Below are positions 8,829 to 17,262 of a DNA stretch of 49,903 nucleotides, piece by piece (within the stretch, counting starts at the first letter, position 1; each line of letters begins with the position of its first letter). The notes below the pieces were generated by a model. The model ran no database searches and was not told the origin of the DNA. It saw only the letters and a program-made list of their open reading frames with translations. Source of the stretch: Candidatus Moranbacteria bacterium UBA1362 (lineage in GTDB: Bacteria; Patescibacteriota; Minisyncoccia; Moranbacterales; GWC2-37-73); assembly GCA_002306085.1 (NCBI GenBank), contig DBRS01000019.1:336-50238 (forward strand), given 5' to 3'. The translations under genes were made by a program, and so were the position numbers.

Positions 8829-10322
8829 CTAGTCAAGTTTCTTGTGAAGCAACTCCATCACAACTTTGGGATTGGCTTTTCCCTTGGTTTCTTTCATAAC
8901 CTGTCCCATCAGAAATTGCAGGGCGTTTTGCTTGCCGGCTTTATAATCATCTACGGATTTTGCGTTCGCGGCAATAACATTGTCAACAACGGTTTCAAGT
9001 TCCCCCGCATCCTCCATCTGCCCGAGATTTTTTTCCTCTATGATTTGCGAAGGATCGCCACCAGTGCGATACATCTCTTTGAGCACCGCTTGCGCCGCAC
9101 TTGAGTTTATCTTTCCATCCGCGACAAGTCCCACGAGTTCGGCATAATTTTCAGGAGTGATTTTGATGTCTCTGATGACATGTTTGTTTTCGATGAGATG
9201 CTTGCGGAGTTCCGAAATAATGTAGTTTGTTCCCAATTTTATGACCTTGTCTTCGGGACTTTCAATTTCATGTGATTCTATCTTTTCGCGAAGTTCACTT
9301 ACAACTTGCTCAAAATATTCGGCAAGATCGTTTTCCGCGGTAAGCACAAGAACATCCGCCTGGTTCAGGCCATATTCTTTCGTAAATCTTTTTTCTTTCG
9401 CATCCGGAAGCTCAGGCAGCTTTATTCTCAAACTGTCGACATATTCTTTCGAAAACTCCATCGGCGGAATATCAGGCTCGGGAAAATATCGATAATCATG
9501 CGCCGATTCTTTTTTCCGCTGTGACACTGTGACGTTTTTCACGCTGTCCCATCCACGGGTTTCCTGCACGATTTTTTCACCTTTGTCCAAAAGTTCGGTT
9601 TGTCTCTCAATCTCATAATTGATCGCTTTTTCCACAAACCTGAACGAATTTATATTTTTCACTTCAACTTTCGTTCCACTCAATCTGTCTTCCCCTTCCT
9701 TATGCAAAGATAAGTTTACTTCGCAGCGCATGTTTCCCTTCTCCATATCAGCATCTGAAATCCCCAGATATCTGCAAATCTGCTGCAATTTCGTGCAGAA
9801 AATCCGCGCTTGTTCTCCGTTTTCAAAGTCAGGTTCCGTCACAAGCTCCATGAGCGGCACTCCGGCACGGTTGTAATCAACCAATGTATGATCCGCTCCC
9901 TTCGGATGAATCAACTTCCCGGTATCTTCTTCGATATGTATTCTTGTGATTCCAATTATTTTCGTTTCTTGTTCCTTGTCTCCCATCAATTGCAGTTCGA
10001 TATGCCCTTTTCCACAAAGCGGCTGATCATACTGTGAAATCTGATATCCCTTTGGAAGATCCGGATAAAAATAATTCTTGCGGTCGAATTTGGATTTCAA
10101 ATTTATTTCGCAATTCAGAGCCAGTCCCGCGAGCTGCACAAATTCAACCGCCTGCTGATTGGGAACCGGAAGCGTTCCTGGCTGGCCGGTGCAGACAGGA
10201 CAGATATGAATGTTGGGTTGCTTTTCTTGCCCAAGCCCGTTTTTGCAGCTGCAAAACATTTTGGACCGCGTTTTTAACTCCACATGCACTTCCATTCCGA
10301 TTGTTGGCAAATATTTAGCCAT
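8829..10322 (-). CDS. gatB: Asp/Glu-tRNA amidotransferase subunit B
   Basis: IGMEVHVEL, RKNYFYPDLPKGYQISQ, YNRAGVPLMELV, YRYFPEPD; start trimmed to MAKYLPT. Confidence 0.97.
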   Translation of the reverse strand: MAKYLPTIGMEVHVELKTRSKMFCSCKNGLGQEKQPNIHICPVCTGQPGTLPVPNQQAVEFVQLAGLALNCEINLKSKFDRKNYFYPDLPKGYQISQYDQPLCGKGHIELQLMGDKEQETKIIGITRIHIEEDTGKLIHPKGADHTLVDYNRAGVPLMELVTEPDFENGEQARIFCTKLQQICRYLGISDADMEKGNMRCEVNLSLHKEGEDRLSGTKVEVKNINSFRFVEKAINYEIERQTELLDKGEKIVQETRGWDSVKNVTVSQRKKESAHDYRYFPEPDIPPMEFSKEYVDSLRIKLPELPDAKEKRFTKEYGLNQADVLVLTAENDLAEYFEQVVSELREKIESHEIESPEDKVIKLGTNYIISELRKHLIENKHVIRDIKITPENYAELVGLVADGKINSSAAQAVLKEMYRTGGDPSQIIEEKNLGQMEDAGELETVVDNVIAANAKSVDDYKAGKQNALQFLMGQVMKETKGKANPKVVMELLHKKLD

Positions 10323-10460
10323 AAAATTATGTAAATAACAAATTACAAACCTCAAATTCCGAACAAGCCACAACGAACGAGCTTAAAAAATAACAAGCAG
10401 CAAAATCGGAATTGTGATTTGAACTGTTTGGCTTTTATAATTTAAAAATCCGATGTTTAA

Positions 10461-11129
10461 TCATTCTACATTAAATATTTTTTCCGTGCCATAGTAGTCC
10501 CGCCAGTTCTCATTATAGAACTTAAACATGCGTTCCAGCCTTTCCTGCGACAATTCTTCCAATCCCAGATTCTTCATGAAATCTAGAATTCTGTTTTTTG
10601 CCTTATCCAAGCCATTTTCATCCTCAGTTTCGATTTCAAATTCGCTGACATAGCCATAGCCGGCGTTTTTGTCTATTGTGATATAAAAATCGTCTTTGCC
10701 GTATTCCTCGCGGTTTCTGGACCATTTTGCTTGATAGCTAAATCCGCATTCTTCCAGGATTTTATCAAGTTCGTCCATGGAAACCGGCACTTTTTCTTCA
10801 AATTCCATGCGCAAAATTCCGTTGCTTGAAGTCGTGTCGTCAACCGAAGCTTTAACCACAAAAAATACTTCTCCGTTCATCTCTCTTGTTCTCAGGGAAT
10901 GTTCTTTGCCTTCTTCCAGAATTTTCTTGAGTTTTTCTTTTTTTTCATCAGGAAAAAGCGGCAAAATTTTTTCTTCAAGTTTTGCAAAATCACCGTCGTT
11001 CAGGAAATAATGGTTGAGCTGGTTGTATTTGTTTGTCATTTGTATTCCCTGTTCGGCAAGCCTGTCGCGTAATTTCTGCGCGTTCTCTTCCGTCTGAAGC
11101 AAGCTTTTTATTTCAACTTCGTATTTCAT
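10461..11129 (-). CDS. CYTH-domain (triphosphate tunnel metalloenzyme) protein
   Basis: N-terminal EVEIK (ExExK), LRTRE, RMEFE, SEFEIE motifs. Confidence 0.85.
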   Translation of the reverse strand: MKYEVEIKSLLQTEENAQKLRDRLAEQGIQMTNKYNQLNHYFLNDGDFAKLEEKILPLFPDEKKEKLKKILEEGKEHSLRTREMNGEVFFVVKASVDDTTSSNGILRMEFEEKVPVSMDELDKILEECGFSYQAKWSRNREEYGKDDFYITIDKNAGYGYVSEFEIETEDENGLDKAKNRILDFMKNLGLEELSQERLERMFKFYNENWRDYYGTEKIFNVE

Positions 11130-11188
11130 GTTATAAAAAATTATAAATATATAGAATGTTTTTAAATTTGTTTTTGCGTCTCGTGAAG

Positions 11189-12790
11189 CTACCTGATTCT
11201 TTTTAATTCTTCATAGAACCTTTCCTCCAAATCTTCTTTCATTTTGGCATGAAATTCGTCATCATAATTTTTCACGGCTTTTTTGATCATGCCGCATGAT
11301 TTTTCTTCGGGGCAAAATCCTGTTGAAAAGCACTTCGGTTCCAAAAATTTCTCCATCCATCCGAGCTTTTTCACCTTAAGCATTTTTCTTATTTGATTTG
11401 CTTCCGTCATCGCCAATCCTCTCATCTGCTCTTCTGCGGTAGCGCACAAACGGAGCGGAAAATAACCATTCAATAAATTGAAAAGATCGTATTCCTGCAG
11501 AACATCGACTCTGACCGCGCGCGGCACGACAAAAAGCGCATCGGGCTCGGGAATTCCCATTTTCACAAATTTTTCATAGCATTCCAAAGCTTCAAGCGAT
11601 GCGATTGTATATTTTTTGAGGTACTCCGGATTGCTGATGATCGCCATGGGCATTCCCATGGCTTTATCCAACTCTTTTGCCTGCGATAAACTCAGTTTTC
11701 CGGCCAATATCGCTTTTCTATGTTTCCTATAAATTTTTGCAGCTCTGTCCACGCAGTAATAGATTGATTCGCTGACCATGGGCACGGTCCTGTGCCGCTT
11801 CTTTTCTCCCCAAACTCTCCAGCTTATCGAAGACAAAATCTTCATGGAAAAAACATTGACATAATCTCTGGCAACGCCCTGCATTTCGGTCATCACCGCA
11901 AGCCAGTTTTTCTTTATGTTTTCCTTTGATATGAAGAGAGTTGCATATTTTTTTGACAAATTCTCAAGTTTTTTCTTGAGCCCAGCTGATGGAAGACAAT
12001 CGATGCTGAGAACATTAGAGTCCAGCTTCATCTTCCCTTCTGAAACAAGCTCCCGCACAATATTTGTCTGCTTCGGATCTTTGAAAATATTCGGATATGG
12101 ATAGAAATTTCTCGGTGCGTTGAAGCGTGTCGCATAAAGAAGGTCTATTCCCATTTTCCCAAGTTCTTTCTCAACTTTTTCCAAAAATATTCCCGCCTCT
12201 TCCGGCATCCATTTCTTTTCATTTTCATATTCTCTTCTGAAACTCAGGAGCGATTCAACTGAAAAAGAAATAATTCCTGTTCCATAAACCCCGTATTGCA
12301 AAAGTTTTCCGGCTTTGTCCTTATCCAATCCGCCGGCCAAAAGTTCATCAAGAGTTTTTATCAGTTTTTTTGAGGTTTCCAAATATATTTTTTTGGCTTC
12401 TTTATTTTGTCCTATCGAAGTCGGAATTATGATGTTCTCAATATCCGTGTCGGTTCTTCTTCCCGAAGCCATAAGCGAAGAAGAAAAAACGATTCCCGTA
12501 AGCATCGAGTCTAGAAATTTTGAGGCTTCGTAGGAAAAAGAAAAGACCGGAGTTGTTGCAATCGAAGCGTGACCGCGCAGTGATGCCTTGATCATGATTT
12601 TTTTTATTTTCTCATCCAAATTCTGCCCTTTTTCCAAAGCCTCCTTTTTGAGATCCTGGACAGTCTTTCCCTTGAAAGTCAAAAGGGCTGAAAGAGATGC
12701 AATCTGCTGCGGATTCAAAGTTCCCGTCTCATCGCCAAGAACAGGGCTGATTCCCAGGAAGGTCACTTTCATGTCAGATGTCTTATTCAT
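11189..12790 (-). CDS. thyX: tandem-domain FAD-dependent thymidylate synthase-like protein
   Basis: RGHASI, MASGRR in the N-half; RHRTVPMVSES (RHRx7S) and LRLCATAEEQMR in the C-half; adjacent to dCMP deaminase. Confidence 0.7.
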   Translation of the reverse strand: MNKTSDMKVTFLGISPVLGDETGTLNPQQIASLSALLTFKGKTVQDLKKEALEKGQNLDEKIKKIMIKASLRGHASIATTPVFSFSYEASKFLDSMLTGIVFSSSLMASGRRTDTDIENIIIPTSIGQNKEAKKIYLETSKKLIKTLDELLAGGLDKDKAGKLLQYGVYGTGIISFSVESLLSFRREYENEKKWMPEEAGIFLEKVEKELGKMGIDLLYATRFNAPRNFYPYPNIFKDPKQTNIVRELVSEGKMKLDSNVLSIDCLPSAGLKKKLENLSKKYATLFISKENIKKNWLAVMTEMQGVARDYVNVFSMKILSSISWRVWGEKKRHRTVPMVSESIYYCVDRAAKIYRKHRKAILAGKLSLSQAKELDKAMGMPMAIISNPEYLKKYTIASLEALECYEKFVKMGIPEPDALFVVPRAVRVDVLQEYDLFNLLNGYFPLRLCATAEEQMRGLAMTEANQIRKMLKVKKLGWMEKFLEPKCFSTGFCPEEKSCGMIKKAVKNYDDEFHAKMKEDLEERFYEELKRIR

Positions 12791-12801
12791 GGAATTTTGT
12801 G

Positions 12802-13347
12802 TTATCTGTTAATTAAAGCTTCGCTTATCACGTCTTTGAATAAATCCAGTTTGCCCTTGAATTTCTCAATTTTTATTCCACAGCGCCTGCACAAGTCTTT
12901 TGTTTCAAAAAATTCCCGTTCCACTCCCTTATTGCCATCTTTTATCCGTATGTATTCTTTGAAATATACGATGCGCTTCACACCGACATTATTAAGCGCC
13001 TTCATGCAATCATAGCAAGGCGTTCCCGTAATATATAACGTGGAATTCTTTAATTTCATGGGGTTCCCGGCGTTCATGATGGCGTTGATTTCACTGTGCG
13101 CTCCGCGGCAGCGGCGAAGTCTCTCTGTCTTAGGATCACCGTCTATTTTCGCACAACCGATTTCATTACAATGCATGTCGCCCCTTGAAGGCCCGTTGTA
13201 CCCAGTAGCCACTATCTTGTTATCTTCATCCACAAAAACGGATGCGATCTTATGATGCCTGCACGAAACGCGCCTTGCAAGCGTAAGCGCAATTGCCATG
13301 AATGTTTCATCCCATGATGGACGCGGCAGTTTTTTGATCTTGACCAT
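12802..13347 (-). CDS. dCMP deaminase family protein
   Basis: RPSWDETFM, TGYNG, HSEINA, PCYDC zinc motif. Confidence 0.9.
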   Translation of the reverse strand: MVKIKKLPRPSWDETFMAIALTLARRVSCRHHKIASVFVDEDNKIVATGYNGPSRGDMHCNEIGCAKIDGDPKTERLRRCRGAHSEINAIMNAGNPMKLKNSTLYITGTPCYDCMKALNNVGVKRIVYFKEYIRIKDGNKGVEREFFETKDLCRRCGIKIEKFKGKLDLFKDVISEALINR

Positions 13348-13449
13348 AAATATAGACGATTCTAATTTATCAACCTGCCTGGCGGCAGCGAAGCAACCAC
13401 TCTAATATTCGAGCATTCGGGTGCTGATTCCAGACATCAGAATCGCTGA

Positions 13450-14004
13450 TTATTTTAAATATTGTTTGATTATTTCATCAATCTGCCCGTACAAGTCTCG
13501 ATAAGTTCCGTTGTTATCCACGATATGCTCGGCATAATTCCTCAGATCGCTAATCTGAGCCTCCGACTCTAGTTCCTGATCTTTCTTGAAATCATCCAAC
13601 GTTTTTTCTGAATCATTATCGTTTTCATCGCGATCCACAACGCGCTTGTAGCGGGCTTCCAAATCCGCATCAATATATATGAGCTTAAAATACGGAAGAT
13701 CCTTGAGATAAACAATGTCAGCCATACGTCTTACTCCATCAATGACCACTATATCATGTTCATCTTTTTCAACATCATGATACATGGTTTTCGCGAAAAC
13801 ATCCTCTCCAAAGTTTTTTCTGAATGTCAGGGAAAGATTTGCCATGTTCTCACGCGATTCTTCGATATACATACGCTTAAGAACATCGCGCAGCATTGTT
13901 GAAAAACGATGCTTGCCTGCCTTATACTTTTGTTCTATGTATTTTGAAACGACACCTTTGCCACTTCCCATTTCGCCCGTAATGCCAAAGATTAGTTTTG
14001 CCAT
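13450..14004 (-). CDS. P-loop nucleotide kinase (dNMP kinase / dephospho-CoA kinase-like)
   Basis: GITGEMGSGKG Walker A, IDGVRR, IVDNNG. Confidence 0.8.
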   Translation of the reverse strand: MAKLIFGITGEMGSGKGVVSKYIEQKYKAGKHRFSTMLRDVLKRMYIEESRENMANLSLTFRKNFGEDVFAKTMYHDVEKDEHDIVVIDGVRRMADIVYLKDLPYFKLIYIDADLEARYKRVVDRDENDNDSEKTLDDFKKDQELESEAQISDLRNYAEHIVDNNGTYRDLYGQIDEIIKQYLK

Positions 14005-14137
14005 ATTTTAAGACGACACAAGTGAAAAATATACATGGATCCGCGAATATTGTTTTTGATTCATTTGCGGGTTTTTGGCCCAAAAATATATTCCCGGAGT
14101 TGGTCGTGATTATTTTTTATTTACGTATAGCTACTTA

Positions 14138-14166
14138 ATTTTACCTTTATTTTAAGCCTGCGTCAA
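14138..14166 (-). promoter_or_regulatory. promoter of the kinase-deaminase-thyX-CYTH operon
   Basis: TTGACG, 17 bp spacer, TAAAAT. Confidence 0.75.
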
Positions 14167-14182
14167 AAGCATTTTTTCATGC

Positions 14183-14209
14183 AAAAAAGGCACCGCGCGG
14201 TGCCTTTTT
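14183..14209 (-). terminator. intrinsic terminator after rplA
   Basis: AAAAAAGGCACC-GCGC-GGTGCCTTTTT. Confidence 0.88.
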
Positions 14210-14238
14210 ATGCTTTATATTAAGATGTAGATTTTCAA

Positions 14239-14916
14239 TTATAGATTGATTTTAACTCCAGGGCCCATTGTCGAGCAAATTGAAGCTGAAACCATATATT
14301 TTCCCTTAAGGCCTGCGGGTTTTGCCTTCTGAACCGCGTCAATAAATGCCTTATAATTTTCTTCGAGTTTCTTCTCTTCAAAAGAAAGTTTTCCGATAAC
14401 CTGATGAATTATTCCCGAAGTATCGTTTTTAAAGCTGATTTTGCCCTTTTTGAGCATTTTAACTGTTTCCTCCACCTTTTCGGTGACAGTTTCGGTCTTG
14501 GGACTAGGCATAAGCCCGCGAGGTCCCAAAATTTTTGCAACCTTGGCAAGTTTTGGCATCATTTCGGGAGTTGCAACCAAAACATCAAAGTTTCCTATTT
14601 TTCCGGAGCTGATTTTTTCAATAAGTTCTTCTCCTCCCACAATATCCGCTCCAGCGCTTTTCGCCTCTTTGGATTTGGTTGAGGTGATAACGGCGATTTT
14701 TTTTTCTTTTCCCACGCCATGCGGAAGAACCACTGCTCCGCGAACCTGCTGCTCGCCTTTCTTTGTGTCTATTCCGAGTCTCACATGCGCCTCCACCGAC
14801 TCATCAAATTTTGCGATTTTCCCCTCTTTTATAAGTTTGAAAGCTTCTTCAGGAGAATAAGATTGGCTTCTGTCGATTTTTTCAGAAATCGAGCGGTACT
14901 TTTTTCCGTGTCTCAT
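14239..14916 (-). CDS. rplA: 50S ribosomal protein L1
   Basis: KFDESVE, RGAVVLPHG, LGPRGLMP, STMGPG. Confidence 0.98.
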   Translation of the reverse strand: MRHGKKYRSISEKIDRSQSYSPEEAFKLIKEGKIAKFDESVEAHVRLGIDTKKGEQQVRGAVVLPHGVGKEKKIAVITSTKSKEAKSAGADIVGGEELIEKISSGKIGNFDVLVATPEMMPKLAKVAKILGPRGLMPSPKTETVTEKVEETVKMLKKGKISFKNDTSGIIHQVIGKLSFEEKKLEENYKAFIDAVQKAKPAGLKGKYMVSASICSTMGPGVKINL

Positions 14917-14926
14917 AATGTTTTGC

Positions 14927-14991
14927 GTGGTACATTCGAATCACGTAATCTCTAACGTGACCTGTCACGTTACAAAACGCGATTCTCCCAC
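14927..14991 (-). promoter_or_regulatory. L1-binding autoregulatory leader RNA
   Basis: GTGGGAG...ACCAC asymmetric internal loop closing a stem (AATCGCGT/ACGTGATT), just upstream of rplA. Confidence 0.7.
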
Positions 14992-15048
14992 TTGCTAATA
15001 TTTATGCCCTACGTAATTACAAATTTTTATTTTGTACTTCGCGGGAGG

Positions 15049-15471
15049 TTATTCTATTTTTATACCCATGCTGCGGGCCGTTCCCTCAACAATTTTCATT
15101 GCTCCTTCAACGTCGTTCGCGTTGAGATCCGGCATTTTTTTCTTTGCGATTTCTTCAATTTGAGCTTTCGTCACCTTGCCAACCTTGTCCTTGAGCGGAT
15201 TCCCTGCGCCTTTTTCCACTCCCGCCGCCTTTTTCAGAAGCTCCGCAGCCGGAGCTGTTTTCATGATGAAATCGAAAGAGCGGTCTTCATATACCGTGAT
15301 TTCGACGGGAACAACTTCTCCCATCTTGTCTTTTGTCGCCTCGTTGAATCTTGTGCAAAAATCCTGAATTGCAATTCCTTGCTGACCAAGTGCCGGTCCT
15401 ACCGGAGGAGCAGGCGTAGCTTTGCCTCCCACAATCTGAAGTTTAATAATTGTCTTGATCTTCTTTGCCAT
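15049..15471 (-). CDS. rplK: 50S ribosomal protein L11
   Basis: [20 protein letters not shown]; start at MAKKIK. Confidence 0.98.
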   Translation of the reverse strand: MAKKIKTIIKLQIVGGKATPAPPVGPALGQQGIAIQDFCTRFNEATKDKMGEVVPVEITVYEDRSFDFIMKTAPAAELLKKAAGVEKGAGNPLKDKVGKVTKAQIEEIAKKKMPDLNANDVEGAMKIVEGTARSMGIKIE

Positions 15472-15576
15472 ATGTGAAAATAAATCTCGAATCGACTCTA
15501 ATTTGCTCGCGAATAATCTTTGGTGCATTCGGGAAAATTCGGGGTGCGATTCGTGTAGATTAGTGATTTATGTGCT

Positions 15577-16122
15577 TTAAATTTTATTAACCTGCAAAAA
15601 GTCCAGTTCCACAGGCGTTTCCCTTCCAAAAATAGTGACGAGAACCTTAACTTTTCCTTTTTCCTCATTAAGGTCCTGCACTTTTCCATCGAAATCTTTG
15701 AACGGACCCTCGTTGATTTTAACGCTATCTCCGATCTTGAGATCAATCTTGTATTTCGGCTCAGCAACTCCCATTCTTTTCTTGAGCATTTCAATTTCAT
15801 GCGGATCGACCGGAGTCGGAGTTGTTCCAAGTCCTATGAAACCCGTCACGTTGGGCGTATTGCGAACTACATACCATGAAGCATCGGTAACGATCATATT
15901 CACAAGCACATATCCGGGATAGATTCTCTCTTCAACAATCGTGCGCTTCCCGCCTTTGATTTTTATTTTGTTTTCCTTTGGAACCATCACGTCGAAGATG
16001 AGATCCTGCATATCCATGGATTCGATGCGCTGTTTGAGGTTTCTTGCGACATTATCCTCATAGCCGGAGTATGTGTGAATCACATACCACGCTCTTCCAT
16101 GATGTTGTGTCTGTTTTGCCAT
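15577..16122 (-). CDS. nusG: transcription termination/antitermination factor NusG
   Basis: WYVIHTYSGYE, YPGYVLV, KOW domain, IFGRETPVEL. Confidence 0.98.
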   Translation of the reverse strand: MAKQTQHHGRAWYVIHTYSGYEDNVARNLKQRIESMDMQDLIFDVMVPKENKIKIKGGKRTIVEERIYPGYVLVNMIVTDASWYVVRNTPNVTGFIGLGTTPTPVDPHEIEMLKKRMGVAEPKYKIDLKIGDSVKINEGPFKDFDGKVQDLNEEKGKVKVLVTIFGRETPVELDFLQVNKI

Positions 16123-16154
16123 ATGCGCCTAACTAAATTTAAAATGTAAATATC

Positions 16155-16337
16155 TTATATAAAATATTGCTTTAAAATGCTGGAAAAAATCCAGTCCAAA
16201 CTTCCCAAAAACGCCGCAACGGCAAGACTCACCGCGACAACGAGCATCGTATAGCGCAGAGTTTGCTTTCTTGAAGGCCAGTTGACTTTCATGAGTTCAG
16301 CCTTGGCTTCCTGCAAAAAATTCAAAATTTTGTCCAT
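16155..16337 (-). CDS. secE: preprotein translocase subunit SecE
   Basis: ELMKVNWPS plus one TM helix; upstream of nusG. Confidence 0.95.
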   Translation of the reverse strand: MDKILNFLQEAKAELMKVNWPSRKQTLRYTMLVVAVSLAVAAFLGSLDWIFSSILKQYFI

Positions 16338-16443
16338 GCTAACCCTAACTTTTCCAATATTCGAATCATTGGAATATAAATCGAGTATTGGAATCGTTTT
16401 TTGAGGTTTTTTAAAAAGCCCTCGGGGCTTTTCTTATACCTTA

Positions 16444-16472
16444 AATATACACTATGGATGATTATTTGTCAA
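16444..16472 (-). promoter_or_regulatory. promoter of secE-nusG-rplK-rplA
   Basis: TTGACA, 17 bp spacer, TATATT. Confidence 0.8.
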
Positions 16473-16548
16473 ACTGGCACTTTTCCTTAAAAATTATAGG
16501 ATCAGTCACAATTATGCTCTGACCCCACGCAACACTAAGGCTATCTTT

Positions 16549-16835
16549 TTATGGTTTTTCGCCCACAATGACACCCACTTTTCTTGCGAATTCGTAAGGA
16601 AATTCAATTTTCGCTTCCTGATTCACTGGTTGTTTCATTTCTTCAAGAATCTCTTTTGTGTTTTTGCATCCCAAAGAGCCGTCTTTCTTCCGATAGAAAA
16701 ATCGTACCGGATTTTTCTTTGACTGAAGATTGATGTATATTCTTCTGACTACCCATACAATCCCTACAGCCCAAGAGATAACAAAGAAACAATCAGCAAT
16801 ACATTACTAATGGTTTCTAAAGAAACACAAATCAT
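16549..16835 (-). pseudogene. frameshifted ~95-aa N-terminally anchored membrane protein (or an assembly indel)
   Basis: AGGAGGT SD + ATG 16835; one extra T at 16787-16789 restores MICVSLETISNVLLIVFFVISWAVGIVWVVRRIYINLQSKK...GEKP*. Confidence 0.55.
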
Positions 16836-16865
16836 CTAACACCTCCTGCTTTTGAAATATCTCTG

Positions 16866-16939
16866 TGGGTATGCCTGGACTCGAACCAGGGACCTCGTCA
16901 TTATCAGTGACGCGCTCTAACCACCTGAGCTACACACCC
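16866..16939 (-). tRNA. tRNA-Ile(GAT), CCA not encoded
   Basis: GGGTGTGTAGCTCAGGTGGTTAGAGCG...CT-GAT-AA...GGTTCGAGTCC...ACCCA cloverleaf. Confidence 0.97.
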
Positions 16940-16971
16940 ATCTTTAATGCCGCAGTTTCTAGAACCTCAAG

Positions 16972-17044
16972 TGGACCGGACAGGACTTGAACCCGCTACC
17001 TCCTCAGTGCAAATGAGGCGCTCTACCAGGTGAGCTACCGGCCC
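16972..17044 (-). tRNA. tRNA-Ala(TGC), CCA not encoded
   Basis: GGGCCGG acceptor stem with G3:U70, anticodon arm CCTCA-TT-TGC-AC-TGAGG, GGTTCAAGTCC. Confidence 0.97.
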
Positions 17045-17070
17045 AAAAGATGACTTAATAACTAGGGATT

Positions 17071-17098
17071 ATTATACATGAAATGATTATTTTGTCCA
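17071..17098 (-). promoter_or_regulatory. promoter for tRNA-Ala/tRNA-Ile
   Basis: TGGACA, 16 bp spacer, TATAAT. Confidence 0.7.
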
Positions 17099-17114
17099 TA
17101 CCCAAACATCACCA

Positions 17115-17206
17115 TAGTGACCTCTATAGAGGTCACTAAGAGGCTAAAGATTGCCAGAGGCTAAGCCTCCATATGGAGGCTTAGCCTCTTAACTAGCCTC
17201 TTAACT
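17115..17206. repeat. cluster of perfect palindromes (24 bp and 34 bp), REP-like
   Basis: TAGTGACCTCTATAGAGGTCACTA (17115-17138) and AGAGGCTAAGCCTCCATATGGAGGCTTAGCCTCT (17156-17189). Confidence 0.9.
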
Positions 17207-17262
17207 AAAAATGAACTGCATCTCCTAAAAGATTCAGTCAAAAGCTAGCAGTTACAGGCTAA

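Noticed and set aside
16500-16866. Integrated element or att site at the tRNA-Ile 3' end
   Set aside because: No integrase and no duplicated tRNA 3' end seen in the window
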